Both the position numbers and the translations under genes were made by a program. Positions 19,949 to 30,433 of a stretch of DNA of 64,000 nucleotides are shown here, piece after piece; position 1 is the first letter of the stretch; each line of letters begins with the position of its first letter. The notes beneath the pieces are model-generated. The model saw nothing but the letters and a program-made list of their open reading frames with translations. It was not told the origin of the DNA and ran no database searches. The DNA is from a virus, in the IMG/VR virus record IMGVR_UViG_3300043409_002109, positions 32,001 through 96,000 of that record; one strand, written 5' to 3'.

Positions 19949-21180
19949 TGGCCACTGCACCAGAACTTAAAAACCCCTTGGAACTGATTAAAGACTGGCG
20001 CGCTCGCATTGGGTCAAGAACAGGTATAACTAACTTCTCGTCAGATTCTTCGATGAGATCCCTTATGGACGTTCTTGCTAAAGAGGTGTCCTCTCTCAGG
20101 GAGAGCCAGATTAATAGCTTCTATTCTGGGCAACTTTCTAGAGCGCGAGGAGCGGATTTAGACAAAATCGGGCAGGATATGAATCTGCCCAGACTCCAAT
20201 CTACCTTCGCCAGCTCAAATGCCAGGGAGCAGAATGGTGCTTTCTACGTGGATAGCGGTACTTTCGGAGACCTTAATGCTGCAGCGGATATCGTCATCCC
20301 CGCTGGGGCTACGGTTTATTCTGATGAAAGGCAGAACGAGCTTGGGGCTAGAATTGAATACGTTACTACCTCTCAGGTAACCCTACCTGCTGGAGATGCG
20401 GTCGGTTATGTTTCAACTAAAGCTGCAGGGGCTGGTCAGAACTTTAACGTTGGCGCAGGTGTTCTGAGGAACCATGATTTTGCTGACTACGCCTTAGCTA
20501 GTGCTGGCGGCCTCAAGTTCACTAACTTCTTTGCAATTCTAAATGCACGCTCTCAGGAAGACGATACCTCTTATCGATTCCGACTAACGAAATACTACGA
20601 TAAGCTAGTGTCCAGGAACGATACGAAGGTCCTCGTTAATGCACTCCAAATTCCTGGTGTTATCAATTTGAAGATGATCCCAGGGTATTATGGTATAGGT
20701 ACTACAGGGGTCGTTGTTCTAGGGGCCGATTATGAGTCCTCTGATTCCCTAGTCTCCTCTGTACAAACTCAATTGAATAGCTTGTCTATCCCAGGACTAA
20801 ACTTGGTAGCTGTTTCTGCGACCAAGGTTACAGTAGACCTTGAGTTACTAATAGGTACGACTCGAAACCTGACTACCGCCGGACAGAGACAGTTTGAAGT
20901 AGAAATTAGAAGAGTTGTCAAAGAGTTTCTCCGCAACATCCAGATTGGGGGTAGCCTAGATCTGTCAGAATTAGAAGTAGTTTTGAAAGAGAAAACGAAC
21001 TCTGCTATTCGTATCGGAAGAAGAATAGGAGGCGTCCAAAAAGTCTTCAAAAAAGTTTATCTTCGTAGAAGCGCAGCGACATCTCTTTCCAGCGAGAGAG
21101 AGCAATTAATATCCTCAACATTATCTTTGGAAACAAGCGAGTTCCTTGATCTTGGCACCATAGACTTTTCCTACGAGTAA
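19948..21180 (+). CDS. baseplate J-like protein
   Basis: ITNFSSDS, ARGADLDKIG, IPAGATV, GQNFNV, EDDTSYRFRL and LQIPGV are baseplate J family motifs. Confidence 0.85.
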   Translation: MATAPELKNPLELIKDWRARIGSRTGITNFSSDSSMRSLMDVLAKEVSSLRESQINSFYSGQLSRARGADLDKIGQDMNLPRLQSTFASSNAREQNGAFYVDSGTFGDLNAAADIVIPAGATVYSDERQNELGARIEYVTTSQVTLPAGDAVGYVSTKAAGAGQNFNVGAGVLRNHDFADYALASAGGLKFTNFFAILNARSQEDDTSYRFRLTKYYDKLVSRNDTKVLVNALQIPGVINLKMIPGYYGIGTTGVVVLGADYESSDSLVSSVQTQLNSLSIPGLNLVAVSATKVTVDLELLIGTTRNLTTAGQRQFEVEIRRVVKEFLRNIQIGGSLDLSELEVVLKEKTNSAIRIGRRIGGVQKVFKKVYLRRSAATSLSSEREQLISSTLSLETSEFLDLGTIDFSYE

Positions 21181-21189
21181 GGACCCACG

Positions 21190-22761
21190 ATGAGCTTTCT
21201 TACTCAACGAATTGCCAATCGATTTCCCCATTGGTCGAAAGTCCGTAGAGACCCATCCTCTCTAGGGCAGCGAAGTGTTTCTACTTTTGCTGAGACCTTT
21301 GAGGCGATGTATGCCAATCAATATCGTTTTGACTGGGAGAACCACCTATGTAAACCTTGGCTAGGCTTGGGCTCTCTGCACGCCATCACCTTAGAGGAGG
21401 AAGACTTCTTTCCCACAACGAGAAGTATCTCGGGTGGTATAACCTACACCTATCCCGATCTTGTGGGCGACGCCATCTCGCTGTCTCAGGTAGACACCTT
21501 AGAAGATATGATCTATGGAATGCCAACGAGAATGGAAGCAGTAGAAGATGTCGAATCAACCTCTTATCTTGTTTGGGATAGTGATTCGCCGACAGTGTTC
21601 AATTCCATTCCAGATGCACAGGCTCTGTATGTGCTGATTACCGATTCTGATGAATGGCTCAAGAAGACTGAGAGCCGGAATCCTCTGTTCGGAGAAGTAG
21701 CTTTTATACGAATAACTGGCGTAGATATTAACGATATCATCCAGTCAGAAGTTCTGTCTCCTAAAGATGATGGCCTTTATCGTGGTAGCTGTTTCTTTAA
21801 AGAAGTGACCGCTGTGGAGACAGAAGGCTGGACAGGTAGGACGAGAGTATACTGGAGCAGCGCCAACCAGAGCACACACACAGACCCCTATAAGGTCGTG
21901 GTCTTTGAGGACTTTGAGGCTCCTCTGAAGTATCAGATGTCACTTAATACGGTAGATGGCACTGAGTATTCTTTCCTGTCTATCATCGGGCAGCGATTTA
22001 ATAATGGGGTTGACTACCGCCGTCCCAATGTCGAAGATATGGAAAGTGAGGAAGAGCTGACAAAGCTTGTTCTTCTCGATGATGCCGGCGCTGAATACTC
22101 CTACGTAGATTTTTGTCTGTCATCATTCAATAGCTTCTTATATGTCTTAGATGATACTGGGAAGGTGCACGTTTATGATGTAAGCCTCCCGAACTTTACT
22201 GTTTCTCAATTAAGCACCTCATTATCTGCAGATCCTTACATGAGGGTAGATCCTTTAAATCCCTACCCTGTCTTTGGTGATACTGAGAAGTTATTCACTT
22301 CTTTATTCCGGCCTAGATGGCCAGTAAACTATGTCATCATCAAAAGAGTAAGCCCTACGGGTGTAACACGGTACCTCCAATCCGATAAGACTTGGGGAGT
22401 AGGATCTGCTCAGCTCACGAGTGGCTTAGTGCAAGACCCTCTGCTCTGGCAAGAGATTACATTCGAATCCGAATATGACGAGATGGGGCAGTGGGAGTAC
22501 TGGGTTACATGCGCGACGGAGCATGATTCTACCGTGAACTATACAGCGGTGATAGCAGGCTCTCTTACCGCTTCTATATCCTTAGCTTCTGGGGTAGCCA
22601 GTCCGCTGTCCCTCTCTATAGACAGGAAGGATCAACTACAGATTGGCGATGGTTCTGATGTCTACAGATTCTCTCTTCACAAAGATTGCTGGATACCAAG
22701 AGACGAAACGAATCAGATAGTTCTCCGCGAAGAATACTCCTCCATAGAGGTAACTTATTAA
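21190..22761 (+). CDS. baseplate wedge / virion structural protein
   Basis: Follows baseplate J. N-terminal FPHWSKVRRDPSSLGQ; acidic and beta-rich. Confidence 0.5.
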   Translation: MSFLTQRIANRFPHWSKVRRDPSSLGQRSVSTFAETFEAMYANQYRFDWENHLCKPWLGLGSLHAITLEEEDFFPTTRSISGGITYTYPDLVGDAISLSQVDTLEDMIYGMPTRMEAVEDVESTSYLVWDSDSPTVFNSIPDAQALYVLITDSDEWLKKTESRNPLFGEVAFIRITGVDINDIIQSEVLSPKDDGLYRGSCFFKEVTAVETEGWTGRTRVYWSSANQSTHTDPYKVVVFEDFEAPLKYQMSLNTVDGTEYSFLSIIGQRFNNGVDYRRPNVEDMESEEELTKLVLLDDAGAEYSYVDFCLSSFNSFLYVLDDTGKVHVYDVSLPNFTVSQLSTSLSADPYMRVDPLNPYPVFGDTEKLFTSLFRPRWPVNYVIIKRVSPTGVTRYLQSDKTWGVGSAQLTSGLVQDPLLWQEITFESEYDEMGQWEYWVTCATEHDSTVNYTAVIAGSLTASISLASGVASPLSLSIDRKDQLQIGDGSDVYRFSLHKDCWIPRDETNQIVLREEYSSIEVTY

Positions 22762-23639
22762 TGGCTACCTATACTTCAAGTAAAGTTCTTCTGCCTACGG
22801 GCTTCGATGAGATTGGACTTAAATTATCTCTACAAAGATTCGAGGCTGAGGCTTTAGATGATTACCGCCGTAGACTCTTGCTTGAAACGGCTCAGCCTGC
22901 GGGCAGTTCGTTCAGTCGATTCTCTGCTTCTGTCTCTAGAAAGGTGGGGCTCTTTGATACTCCAGTGATTCGACTTGATATCGTTCTTGATGGCGATGGA
23001 GAACCCCTAGCTGCTGATCCAGTCATTGTCATTACTGCTTCGAAGCTCTATGCCTATCAAGATTACTCCGCTGGTACTGTTGAGATAGAGCTGCTACTTA
23101 CCGACAGGGATGGAGAGTGGTTCATTCAGGATGTTGTTGATGCTTTCAGTGGAAGCACTTATTTTACCTGCACGCTTTTAGACAGCGCCTTTGCCTATAA
23201 GTTGTCCCAGCAGTTAGCTGCTGGTTCTAATATCAAGTTCAAGGAAGTCTATCGTCTATCGCCCCGCGAGGTTCATGACTTTAACGTTCAAAATCTAAGA
23301 GAAGTTCTTTTCTCAGACCCTTTACTTTTCAAAACTGAGGTGGCGACCCCTGGAGACATCGAAGAGTATGGGGATTACTACCTCGATAGGCTTCAAGGAG
23401 CAGTCCAGGCTTATAGCTCCATGGGCGGCGGAGCGGTTGCTGAGTATGTAGAGTTCCCTTTTGAAGTTCGGTACCAGTCTGTTCGAAGCTATGAATTCAA
23501 AGATGAAGATGTAAACCATATTATTTATGATAATCTTTTATCAACTGACGGCTCTGAAAGTAGATTGCTTCTGAACTCTGTCGGGGCGAAAATGGTTAAT
23601 GAGATTCTTGCGGTACATCCGTTAGAGTGGGGAGAATAG
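22761..23639 (+). CDS. baseplate/structural protein (start re-called to ATG 22761)
   Basis: TAATG overlap with the upstream stop. FDEIGLKLSLQRFEAEALDDYRRRL resembles a baseplate wedge (gpI/J-type) motif. Confidence 0.55.
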   Translation: MATYTSSKVLLPTGFDEIGLKLSLQRFEAEALDDYRRRLLLETAQPAGSSFSRFSASVSRKVGLFDTPVIRLDIVLDGDGEPLAADPVIVITASKLYAYQDYSAGTVEIELLLTDRDGEWFIQDVVDAFSGSTYFTCTLLDSAFAYKLSQQLAAGSNIKFKEVYRLSPREVHDFNVQNLREVLFSDPLLFKTEVATPGDIEEYGDYYLDRLQGAVQAYSSMGGGAVAEYVEFPFEVRYQSVRSYEFKDEDVNHIIYDNLLSTDGSESRLLLNSVGAKMVNEILAVHPLEWGE

Positions 23640-26111
23640 ATGTCTCTAGTAGAATTACCAGTAGAATGTTTTGTGAAGGAGACAGATAGCTACCAACCTC
23701 TGACTGGGGTTTTTGCTACAGAGGAGTCTATTCCTGGATGGAGATGGGATAGAAGAATCTTGCCCAGCGAGACGAAGGTAGACACAAGATATAATACTTT
23801 TCTCGGTGGCCATTCGGCGGGACTAAGAGACGGAACTAAGCTGAGTGATTGGCAAAGTGGGACTCTGAGCGGTTGTGGATATGAGCAGATTCTTCTGCAG
23901 CAGAAGAACGATAGCCTTCAGTGGGTGCCTCAGGTCTCTACTGGGGAGTACGCCGTCCGGTGGGATAAGCGCCCGCTCTTCTCGGATCAGTCTGTGAGCT
24001 TTAATCTTAGTACAGATGTCACTATGGATGATCGCTATATTGCTCAGCTTCAAAGTGAAGAGTACCAAACAGCTTTAACAGGATCCCTATTTGTAGCTAT
24101 CTGGAGACGCTTAGAAGATTTCTCTATTATGACTGCGATTCCATTCCAGTATGTAGATGAGTTTACTCCACTTCCCGAGTATACAACGACTGTTGATGAT
24201 GATGGGAGCGTAATCTGGGCGCAAGTTTCAGATGTCCACAATGAATATCTTGTAGATGAGGACCGATTAGTTCTTTTTAATAATCTTAAAACTATTGAAG
24301 TTGCAACTGGAGATCGGTATGAAGATTATATCGTTGACAGCTGGGAATCGAAGGGTCCGGGTAGTGCCGATGGTAGAACTCTATTTGCTAATTACTTCCC
24401 CTTTGACTTTAATAGCCTAAGGGTAGCTTCTGTAGATAGCTTTGGGAACCACATTCTATGGGAAGAGGTTTCGAGTTTTAGGAACTCTAGCGCCACAGAC
24501 TATCATTATACGGCAAATTATGATCTTGGGACTATAGAGATGGGAGGCTTCCAGGCTCCTAATCTTAAACTCAAGACAGCTATTAATGCCTTCGCAGATG
24601 AAATTGAAGTGTTCGTGGAGCCAGATATCTTCGACGACTATCTAGACCAAGGGGTTCTTAGAATAGGGAGTGAAAAGATCTTCTACGCAGAGAAGACTTA
24701 TACTGGATTCCGTAATCTAACTCGCGGGTATGACTTTACCTCAGCTGCAGCCCATTTGGTAGGAGCTAACGTCCGAGATACTCAGCATGGTGCCGGTACT
24801 ACAGACGAATTGTATATTTCTTATCGTGCTGTCCCGAGAGTTGACGTAGAGAGTTCTCTCCACACCCGTCGTACTGCGAATAAAACTGGATGGCTGAACA
24901 TAGTTTCTTCTGCAAATGCTGAGACTAATAATATCCTCCAGATATTATCAGCAAACATTAACTTAGCTGAGCTTGTTCTGGAGATTGACCGGCCAATTTT
25001 AGGAGGCAACATTTACGGCCCCGTTTATTATGGGACTGATACCGCTCGTTTGACTGCTCGTGGCCTTGATGCAAATGGGAATCCAGTTGAAGATGTTGAT
25101 ATTACCGTTGAGATTATGAGTGGGGTTGGCTATTTAGATGGCACAAGTGAAGAGGTAACCAAGAGCAGCAACTCTCTCGGTGAGACTTATACAGCTTTTC
25201 ATGCCCCATATTCAGATGCTGAAGTAGCCTACAGAGTATCCTCTGTATCTCATGATGCTGGAGATACCTTAATGAGCGTCTCTGGTTTACCAAGAGGAGT
25301 TTCAGTTGAAGATATCTGGGTCTTCCAAGTTCTGAAGAGAGATCCTTTTAGAGGTACTGTTGGCAAACCAAGTACCGTTCTCTCTAGCGGTGCCAGCAGC
25401 GCACCCAATGGCGATTCATATCTAATTTTGGATGGTCGGATAGATGATAATCTTAGGGGCGGTAAAATATATGTTCTAACTACTACCGGTGTAAAGAGGA
25501 GTCATGTTATCGTTTATTCTGAGGTGTACACTGATCTAGTAACTGGGCATGTCAATACTAAATTGTATGTAGGGGGTCCTCTGGTCCCCGCTTACAATGA
25601 CGGGCAGCCTTGCTGGGTGCTTACTGAGGAGGACATAGAATGGGATCCAATTGCTAAGAGAGGCCAGCGCGTTGTCGTCTATGAGTGGTCTGCTTCTGCT
25701 GCCCATCCTCTTACTGGCGATCCTGGTGCTTATACTCCTGTGCATCCGAACAGTATTAGTGCGGGGGTCTTAAGATTTACTGGAAGAGAATTCCCCTTAC
25801 CCGATGCTAATGATGATGAAGTTGAACTAGGCGCTTATGTTATAATAGCTCCAGGTGAAACAAGAATCAGAGCTGTGGCCCAAGATCCTTTTACAAATCA
25901 AACTGTTACTTCTAATCAATTGAGAGTAAGAATAAGTCTTCCTCAATACCTACTGGGTGTTGATTCTAGTGGTGCTTTACCTGTACCATATGGTTTCAAG
26001 TTCGCGACTGAAGAGTTCAATGTTGGCGCAGGCATAGGCGGAGCAAACTTTCTTACTATCAATCCGAAAGCTTCGGGAATAAATCAATTTAGTATCACAG
26101 GATTAATCTAA
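23640..26111 (+). CDS. virion structural protein with Ig-like (Big_1-type) domain
   Basis: ARLTARGLDANGNPVEDVDITVEI...SNSLGETYTAFHAP; acidic and beta-rich. Confidence 0.55.
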   Translation: MSLVELPVECFVKETDSYQPLTGVFATEESIPGWRWDRRILPSETKVDTRYNTFLGGHSAGLRDGTKLSDWQSGTLSGCGYEQILLQQKNDSLQWVPQVSTGEYAVRWDKRPLFSDQSVSFNLSTDVTMDDRYIAQLQSEEYQTALTGSLFVAIWRRLEDFSIMTAIPFQYVDEFTPLPEYTTTVDDDGSVIWAQVSDVHNEYLVDEDRLVLFNNLKTIEVATGDRYEDYIVDSWESKGPGSADGRTLFANYFPFDFNSLRVASVDSFGNHILWEEVSSFRNSSATDYHYTANYDLGTIEMGGFQAPNLKLKTAINAFADEIEVFVEPDIFDDYLDQGVLRIGSEKIFYAEKTYTGFRNLTRGYDFTSAAAHLVGANVRDTQHGAGTTDELYISYRAVPRVDVESSLHTRRTANKTGWLNIVSSANAETNNILQILSANINLAELVLEIDRPILGGNIYGPVYYGTDTARLTARGLDANGNPVEDVDITVEIMSGVGYLDGTSEEVTKSSNSLGETYTAFHAPYSDAEVAYRVSSVSHDAGDTLMSVSGLPRGVSVEDIWVFQVLKRDPFRGTVGKPSTVLSSGASSAPNGDSYLILDGRIDDNLRGGKIYVLTTTGVKRSHVIVYSEVYTDLVTGHVNTKLYVGGPLVPAYNDGQPCWVLTEEDIEWDPIAKRGQRVVVYEWSASAAHPLTGDPGAYTPVHPNSISAGVLRFTGREFPLPDANDDEVELGAYVIIAPGETRIRAVAQDPFTNQTVTSNQLRVRISLPQYLLGVDSSGALPVPYGFKFATEEFNVGAGIGGANFLTINPKASGINQFSITGLI

Positions 26112-26112
26112 G

Positions 26113-27870
26113 ATGTCAGACTCACTACAGCCTGGAGTTAAAGTAGCTCCGATATTTGTTGATGGAGAAGCTTCCCCGGCGGCTAAGTTCACTGCTATTG
26201 GAGCACAGCTTTCACGAGCCACACGAAAACTAGAGGCAGCCGTTGGGGATATCCATGATGAGTCATATCCTTATAGCTCCCTTAATGATGCTCGACTGTC
26301 TGTAGAGTGGGGCCGGTCCAAGACAACTGATGCTGCACTTACTGGAACAGCTACTCGATCTTTAGATATTGCGAATCTTGCTAGGTTAATTGGCCCATCA
26401 TCCAATTTGAATCCTAAGCTTCCGGCAGGCACTGTAACAGTAACGGAAGATATCCCGGCTGGTGTCCACGAATTCACTTTGCAGTTTCCCCCTTTAGCTC
26501 TCGTGAGTAGCACTGACGCTGCTGTTGTTATTGCTAATAGTCAGGTAGCCCCAACTACAGTCAGCGGCACAGGCGATTTCCATAGAAGCGGAAGCACTAT
26601 CTATACTTTCGATGCCACCGCCGGTGATACCATTACCTATACACTTACCCCAAGTGTTTGGGGTAGTGGACCGAACTATACGGGAGGTACATTCAATGTT
26701 ATCCCTGACCTGAACCAGCTTGAAGCTGGTGGTGATGGCTGTGTGGCAGTGCTTGATGGCGATGGCCGCTATAGCATTACCCTTCCACTCTGCACCCATC
26801 TATCTTCGAATATAGGCGGAACTGTTATTGCATTAACTGCAGCTGATCCCCTCTATAACGAGCAGCTTATTCTTCCTAGAGTTCTAGTAGACAACTATGT
26901 TTCCGATGAAGTGATTCCTGGTGGGTTCTTGTACCTTCGGAACTGGACTACTGGTGAGGTCTATGATGATGCTACTTATTACTATTCGGCTAACGATACT
27001 ATTATCGTTGGGGGTATAGACCTTGATGATGCGATAGCGGACGGTGATCTCTTAGCCATTGTTACAGTAGGGACTGATATCACTACTACCTTAGATGATC
27101 TGCGCCAGAAATTTGCTTACCACAAGCATGACCGTAGCCGTGGGGAAATGGCAATTGAAGCTGAAGATATAGTAGGCTGGACAAAGGAGCCAGGCGCTAG
27201 TGGTATCTTCACAAAGAGTGTGATGCCTGGAAACTATGCCCCGCAGTATCTTCATAGAGATGGTTTCGAATCGAGTGAGGATGGTCTTAACGACAATAAC
27301 ATCATGAGAGGGGACCTCGGACTTGGAGCTGCGTTCTCTGATCCTGGTGATTTTACTGACACAACTAGTGGAAGGGTCTCTCAGTCCCTTCTATTCTTTG
27401 GAGGAACGGGAGGTGACACAGCTAGTATAAGAAGAGGTGCTACAGGGAACTTAGAAATAGAGGCCGGAGCTTCCAAATATATCGAGACTGAATCAACAGT
27501 TTCTTTGAAGGAAGGTCTGCGAGGAGATGATGGAGATTTAACTGCTGGGCTTTATACAGCGAAGCTGTTCGTCTATCCAATAAATAATGTAACATATGCT
27601 TCTGGTATAACTGTAGATCTAGATGCGTTAAATGCTACTTCAGGTCTAAGTTCAATCGCTACGATTTTACATGGCTTGCAAGTAATGATAAAATTGAGCA
27701 CAGAAGATCGCTGGTATGGCGTGATCAACAATTCCCTTGTTGGAGCCCGCGATTGGGGATGGAGTTTTAATCAAGCGAATTGGACTTTATCCATTGTGCT
27801 CGGCGGTGGAGCAGATTGGGGTTCTGGACCAGACATAGATATCCGAATTATGGGCTGGTATGGAGTCTAA
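26113..27870 (+). CDS. tail fibre/baseplate structural protein
   Basis: Thr/Gly/Asp-rich, with HKHD and PQYLHRDG fibre-type motifs; inside the structural operon. Confidence 0.5.
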   Translation: MSDSLQPGVKVAPIFVDGEASPAAKFTAIGAQLSRATRKLEAAVGDIHDESYPYSSLNDARLSVEWGRSKTTDAALTGTATRSLDIANLARLIGPSSNLNPKLPAGTVTVTEDIPAGVHEFTLQFPPLALVSSTDAAVVIANSQVAPTTVSGTGDFHRSGSTIYTFDATAGDTITYTLTPSVWGSGPNYTGGTFNVIPDLNQLEAGGDGCVAVLDGDGRYSITLPLCTHLSSNIGGTVIALTAADPLYNEQLILPRVLVDNYVSDEVIPGGFLYLRNWTTGEVYDDATYYYSANDTIIVGGIDLDDAIADGDLLAIVTVGTDITTTLDDLRQKFAYHKHDRSRGEMAIEAEDIVGWTKEPGASGIFTKSVMPGNYAPQYLHRDGFESSEDGLNDNNIMRGDLGLGAAFSDPGDFTDTTSGRVSQSLLFFGGTGGDTASIRRGATGNLEIEAGASKYIETESTVSLKEGLRGDDGDLTAGLYTAKLFVYPINNVTYASGITVDLDALNATSGLSSIATILHGLQVMIKLSTEDRWYGVINNSLVGARDWGWSFNQANWTLSIVLGGGADWGSGPDIDIRIMGWYGV

Positions 27871-29975
27871 TGTCTAAGATTACTCTAGAGCTATTAGCTA
27901 ACTACGAAAACGGAGGGGATCCCTATGTCTGGGAAATCCCTCTGCATGTTCATGTGCATAATAGGATAGAGCAGTTTGTTTATTTCAATGAGATAAAAGA
28001 CGGCGCAGCCCCTATCGCTTACCTTGAGAATCAAGCTTTAGACAGTCGGCGCAACTTGCATGTAGTTAACAGAAGCTATCAGATTCCTGGCAACGCCATC
28101 AACAAGATCTATCAATTGTCTAGCTGGGATAAGGTCTCATCCTCTTCTTATTCTTCTATGTATAAGAATATTCTTGCTACCCATAAGACTTATGTAGATG
28201 AGAATGGTAAGACTCAACCTCTGTTCTGGAAGCATGTCCTGCCTGCTGATACTACAGTAGCAAAGTTGCAAGTAATTAGTCTTGGCGAGCGACTGCCTGT
28301 TGAGTCGGGTTATTTATTCGAGGTCGCAGATGGGGCAATCTATACTAACTATCAGAACATATTTGATCAGGACACTGGCGCCTATAAGCTGTACTTTGTG
28401 CAGTCGAGCACTTCAGCAGGCGCCACCTCTCATGTTCTTTTAAACCCAGAGCCTACCGTTAGCGAAGGCACTTGGGAAGATATCGATCTAGATACTGGTG
28501 ACTGGATAGAAGGTAAAGTCGTATTCTCTCGGTCTACTGGAACATCAGGGACAACGTTTTATTTTAGCGAAGCTCATACTTATTATATTAAGCCTTTTGA
28601 AACCTCACTTATTCAGCCTCGACTACCTAATGGTAGACTCCCCACTGACCCCTGGTATTTAAGATTCAGTGCCGGCGATTTAACTGCCTATGTAAACTCT
28701 TCGGCAAGAAGATACTCTGTTCCTGAATTCGAGCTGCAGAATTTCGCGCCCTCGAAGCCCTATATCTATTCACCTTATGAGCACATGAGCTACGTGAACG
28801 AGCGGGTGCTTGCGGCAAACAGAGGCTCATTAAAGATAGATCCAACGAATTCCTTACATATGGAACTGTTCATCTATGATGTTGAAGGTGTGCTTATTCG
28901 AGTACTTTCTACTAACACTGGCTTAGAAGCCACTCGTTATTCTACCACTGATGTATTCTATGAGACTGATAAGATTCTTTCTTGGGATGAGTACAGTGGA
29001 AAGGTCTCTCTAGGCATAAAGCTTCTACCGAGCTGGACTATCAAGGCGCGCTACTACTATGAAGCTGACGACTATCAGTATAGTGGTATTGATTTGAATC
29101 CTCTTTCTAATAAGTCTATACGCAACAAGACAGTTGTGTTCTATATCGTCCCGAATGTGGACGATGAGGACCATGCCATTCATCATCTTGTAGTAGACAT
29201 GGCAGGTATGATTGTTGAGTGTAGTCAGGGTGCTGGCTATGTGCATCCCAACCTACAGCTTCTTACTCCAGTCGGCACTTACAACTCGAATACTGTCATA
29301 GGTAAGCCTTACATATCTGAGACAGGTGATGACAGCTTTGTGTCCCTCTATACAGCGGGAGCTGCGAATACCTACGGTTATTCCGTCCTCGCAGAAGTCT
29401 CATTCGTAGAAAAGAATTTCCCCGAGAATCAAATCGTCTATGATGTAAGGCGCCCCGGGGCCGTCATTAGTCCGTCTAGATTCGAAGATGTAATCCAAGC
29501 TAATCCTAAGATCCTACAGAGTCTTCTGGGGTATGGAGAGTTCGGAGAAGAGGTTCCTCGTAATGGCGTTGTTGTCTTGAAGCCGCCCCTGACTCTACTC
29601 TCCGACTACGGAGGGGAGCTAACAGAGGAAGGCGTGAAAGCTCTTATCACTCAACACCTGGACTCTGCTGTTTATCCTATTATTCAGTATCAATATCCTG
29701 TTAGTGAGTTGGACGTAGATTCTACTGTCGTTGAGGAGCTGACATTGACTTGGACCTGGGAAGGTCCGGATCAGACGTATGAGCTTTTGAGAAGAGAGAG
29801 TCCTGCTGGGCAGTGGGAGGTAATTGATACTCAAGTATCCCCCGCAAGAGGGGTTCTGACTTATAACGATGTTGGATTAACCGCTGATGCAGTATACTAT
29901 TACACAGTAAGAATTACTGAGGATGGCATTACATTCCCAAATGGTAACAGCGTAGCAGCTAAGGTGAGAGCATGA
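27870..29975 (+). CDS. virion structural protein with C-terminal fibronectin type III domain (start re-called to ATG 27870)
   Basis: TAATG coupling. C-terminal LTLTWTW...YELLRR...YNDVGLTADAVYYYTVR fits FN3. Confidence 0.6.
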   Translation: MSKITLELLANYENGGDPYVWEIPLHVHVHNRIEQFVYFNEIKDGAAPIAYLENQALDSRRNLHVVNRSYQIPGNAINKIYQLSSWDKVSSSSYSSMYKNILATHKTYVDENGKTQPLFWKHVLPADTTVAKLQVISLGERLPVESGYLFEVADGAIYTNYQNIFDQDTGAYKLYFVQSSTSAGATSHVLLNPEPTVSEGTWEDIDLDTGDWIEGKVVFSRSTGTSGTTFYFSEAHTYYIKPFETSLIQPRLPNGRLPTDPWYLRFSAGDLTAYVNSSARRYSVPEFELQNFAPSKPYIYSPYEHMSYVNERVLAANRGSLKIDPTNSLHMELFIYDVEGVLIRVLSTNTGLEATRYSTTDVFYETDKILSWDEYSGKVSLGIKLLPSWTIKARYYYEADDYQYSGIDLNPLSNKSIRNKTVVFYIVPNVDDEDHAIHHLVVDMAGMIVECSQGAGYVHPNLQLLTPVGTYNSNTVIGKPYISETGDDSFVSLYTAGAANTYGYSVLAEVSFVEKNFPENQIVYDVRRPGAVISPSRFEDVIQANPKILQSLLGYGEFGEEVPRNGVVVLKPPLTLLSDYGGELTEEGVKALITQHLDSAVYPIIQYQYPVSELDVDSTVVEELTLTWTWEGPDQTYELLRRESPAGQWEVIDTQVSPARGVLTYNDVGLTADAVYYYTVRITEDGITFPNGNSVAAKVRA

Positions 29976-30430
29976 GCATTCAGGATTTAGAATTTGAGAT
30001 TGTATCTTCAGGCGATACTATTTATGACCCGCTTACGCTAGTTTCTAGTGTGGTGATGGAACTAAGAGTAACGAATATGGGAGACGAGGACTTAACTGAT
30101 CTTGGCTTCTATCTCGTCCCCTCAACCGATATCGGAGATGTGGATAATCCCTCTGAGGTTCCTGCCGAAACAGATTTCCAGGATGTTCTTTCTTGGGGGC
30201 AGGCGGTCTTTCTTGGAGAGGAAGTCGCTGGTGGAATAAAGATAACCTGTGATCCTGACGGAAGCGGCGATGAAACCACCTACTTCACTCGTGCCGCTGG
30301 TGCCTCAGGCGCAACCAAGATCCCACTTTTAGATTTAGATAGTGGAGATAATGCTCTCTTCTCTCTTGAGTTAGAGACTCCCCCAGGCGTTCCTTCTCGC
30401 AGGCTCTACGTAGACTTAGTTTTGGAGTAA
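29972..30430 (+). CDS. small Ig-like structural protein
   Basis: ATGA overlap; LRVTNMGDEDLTDL beta-sandwich pattern. Confidence 0.45.
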   Translation: MSIQDLEFEIVSSGDTIYDPLTLVSSVVMELRVTNMGDEDLTDLGFYLVPSTDIGDVDNPSEVPAETDFQDVLSWGQAVFLGEEVAGGIKITCDPDGSGDETTYFTRAAGASGATKIPLLDLDSGDNALFSLELETPPGVPSRRLYVDLVLE

Positions 30431-30433
30431 AGA

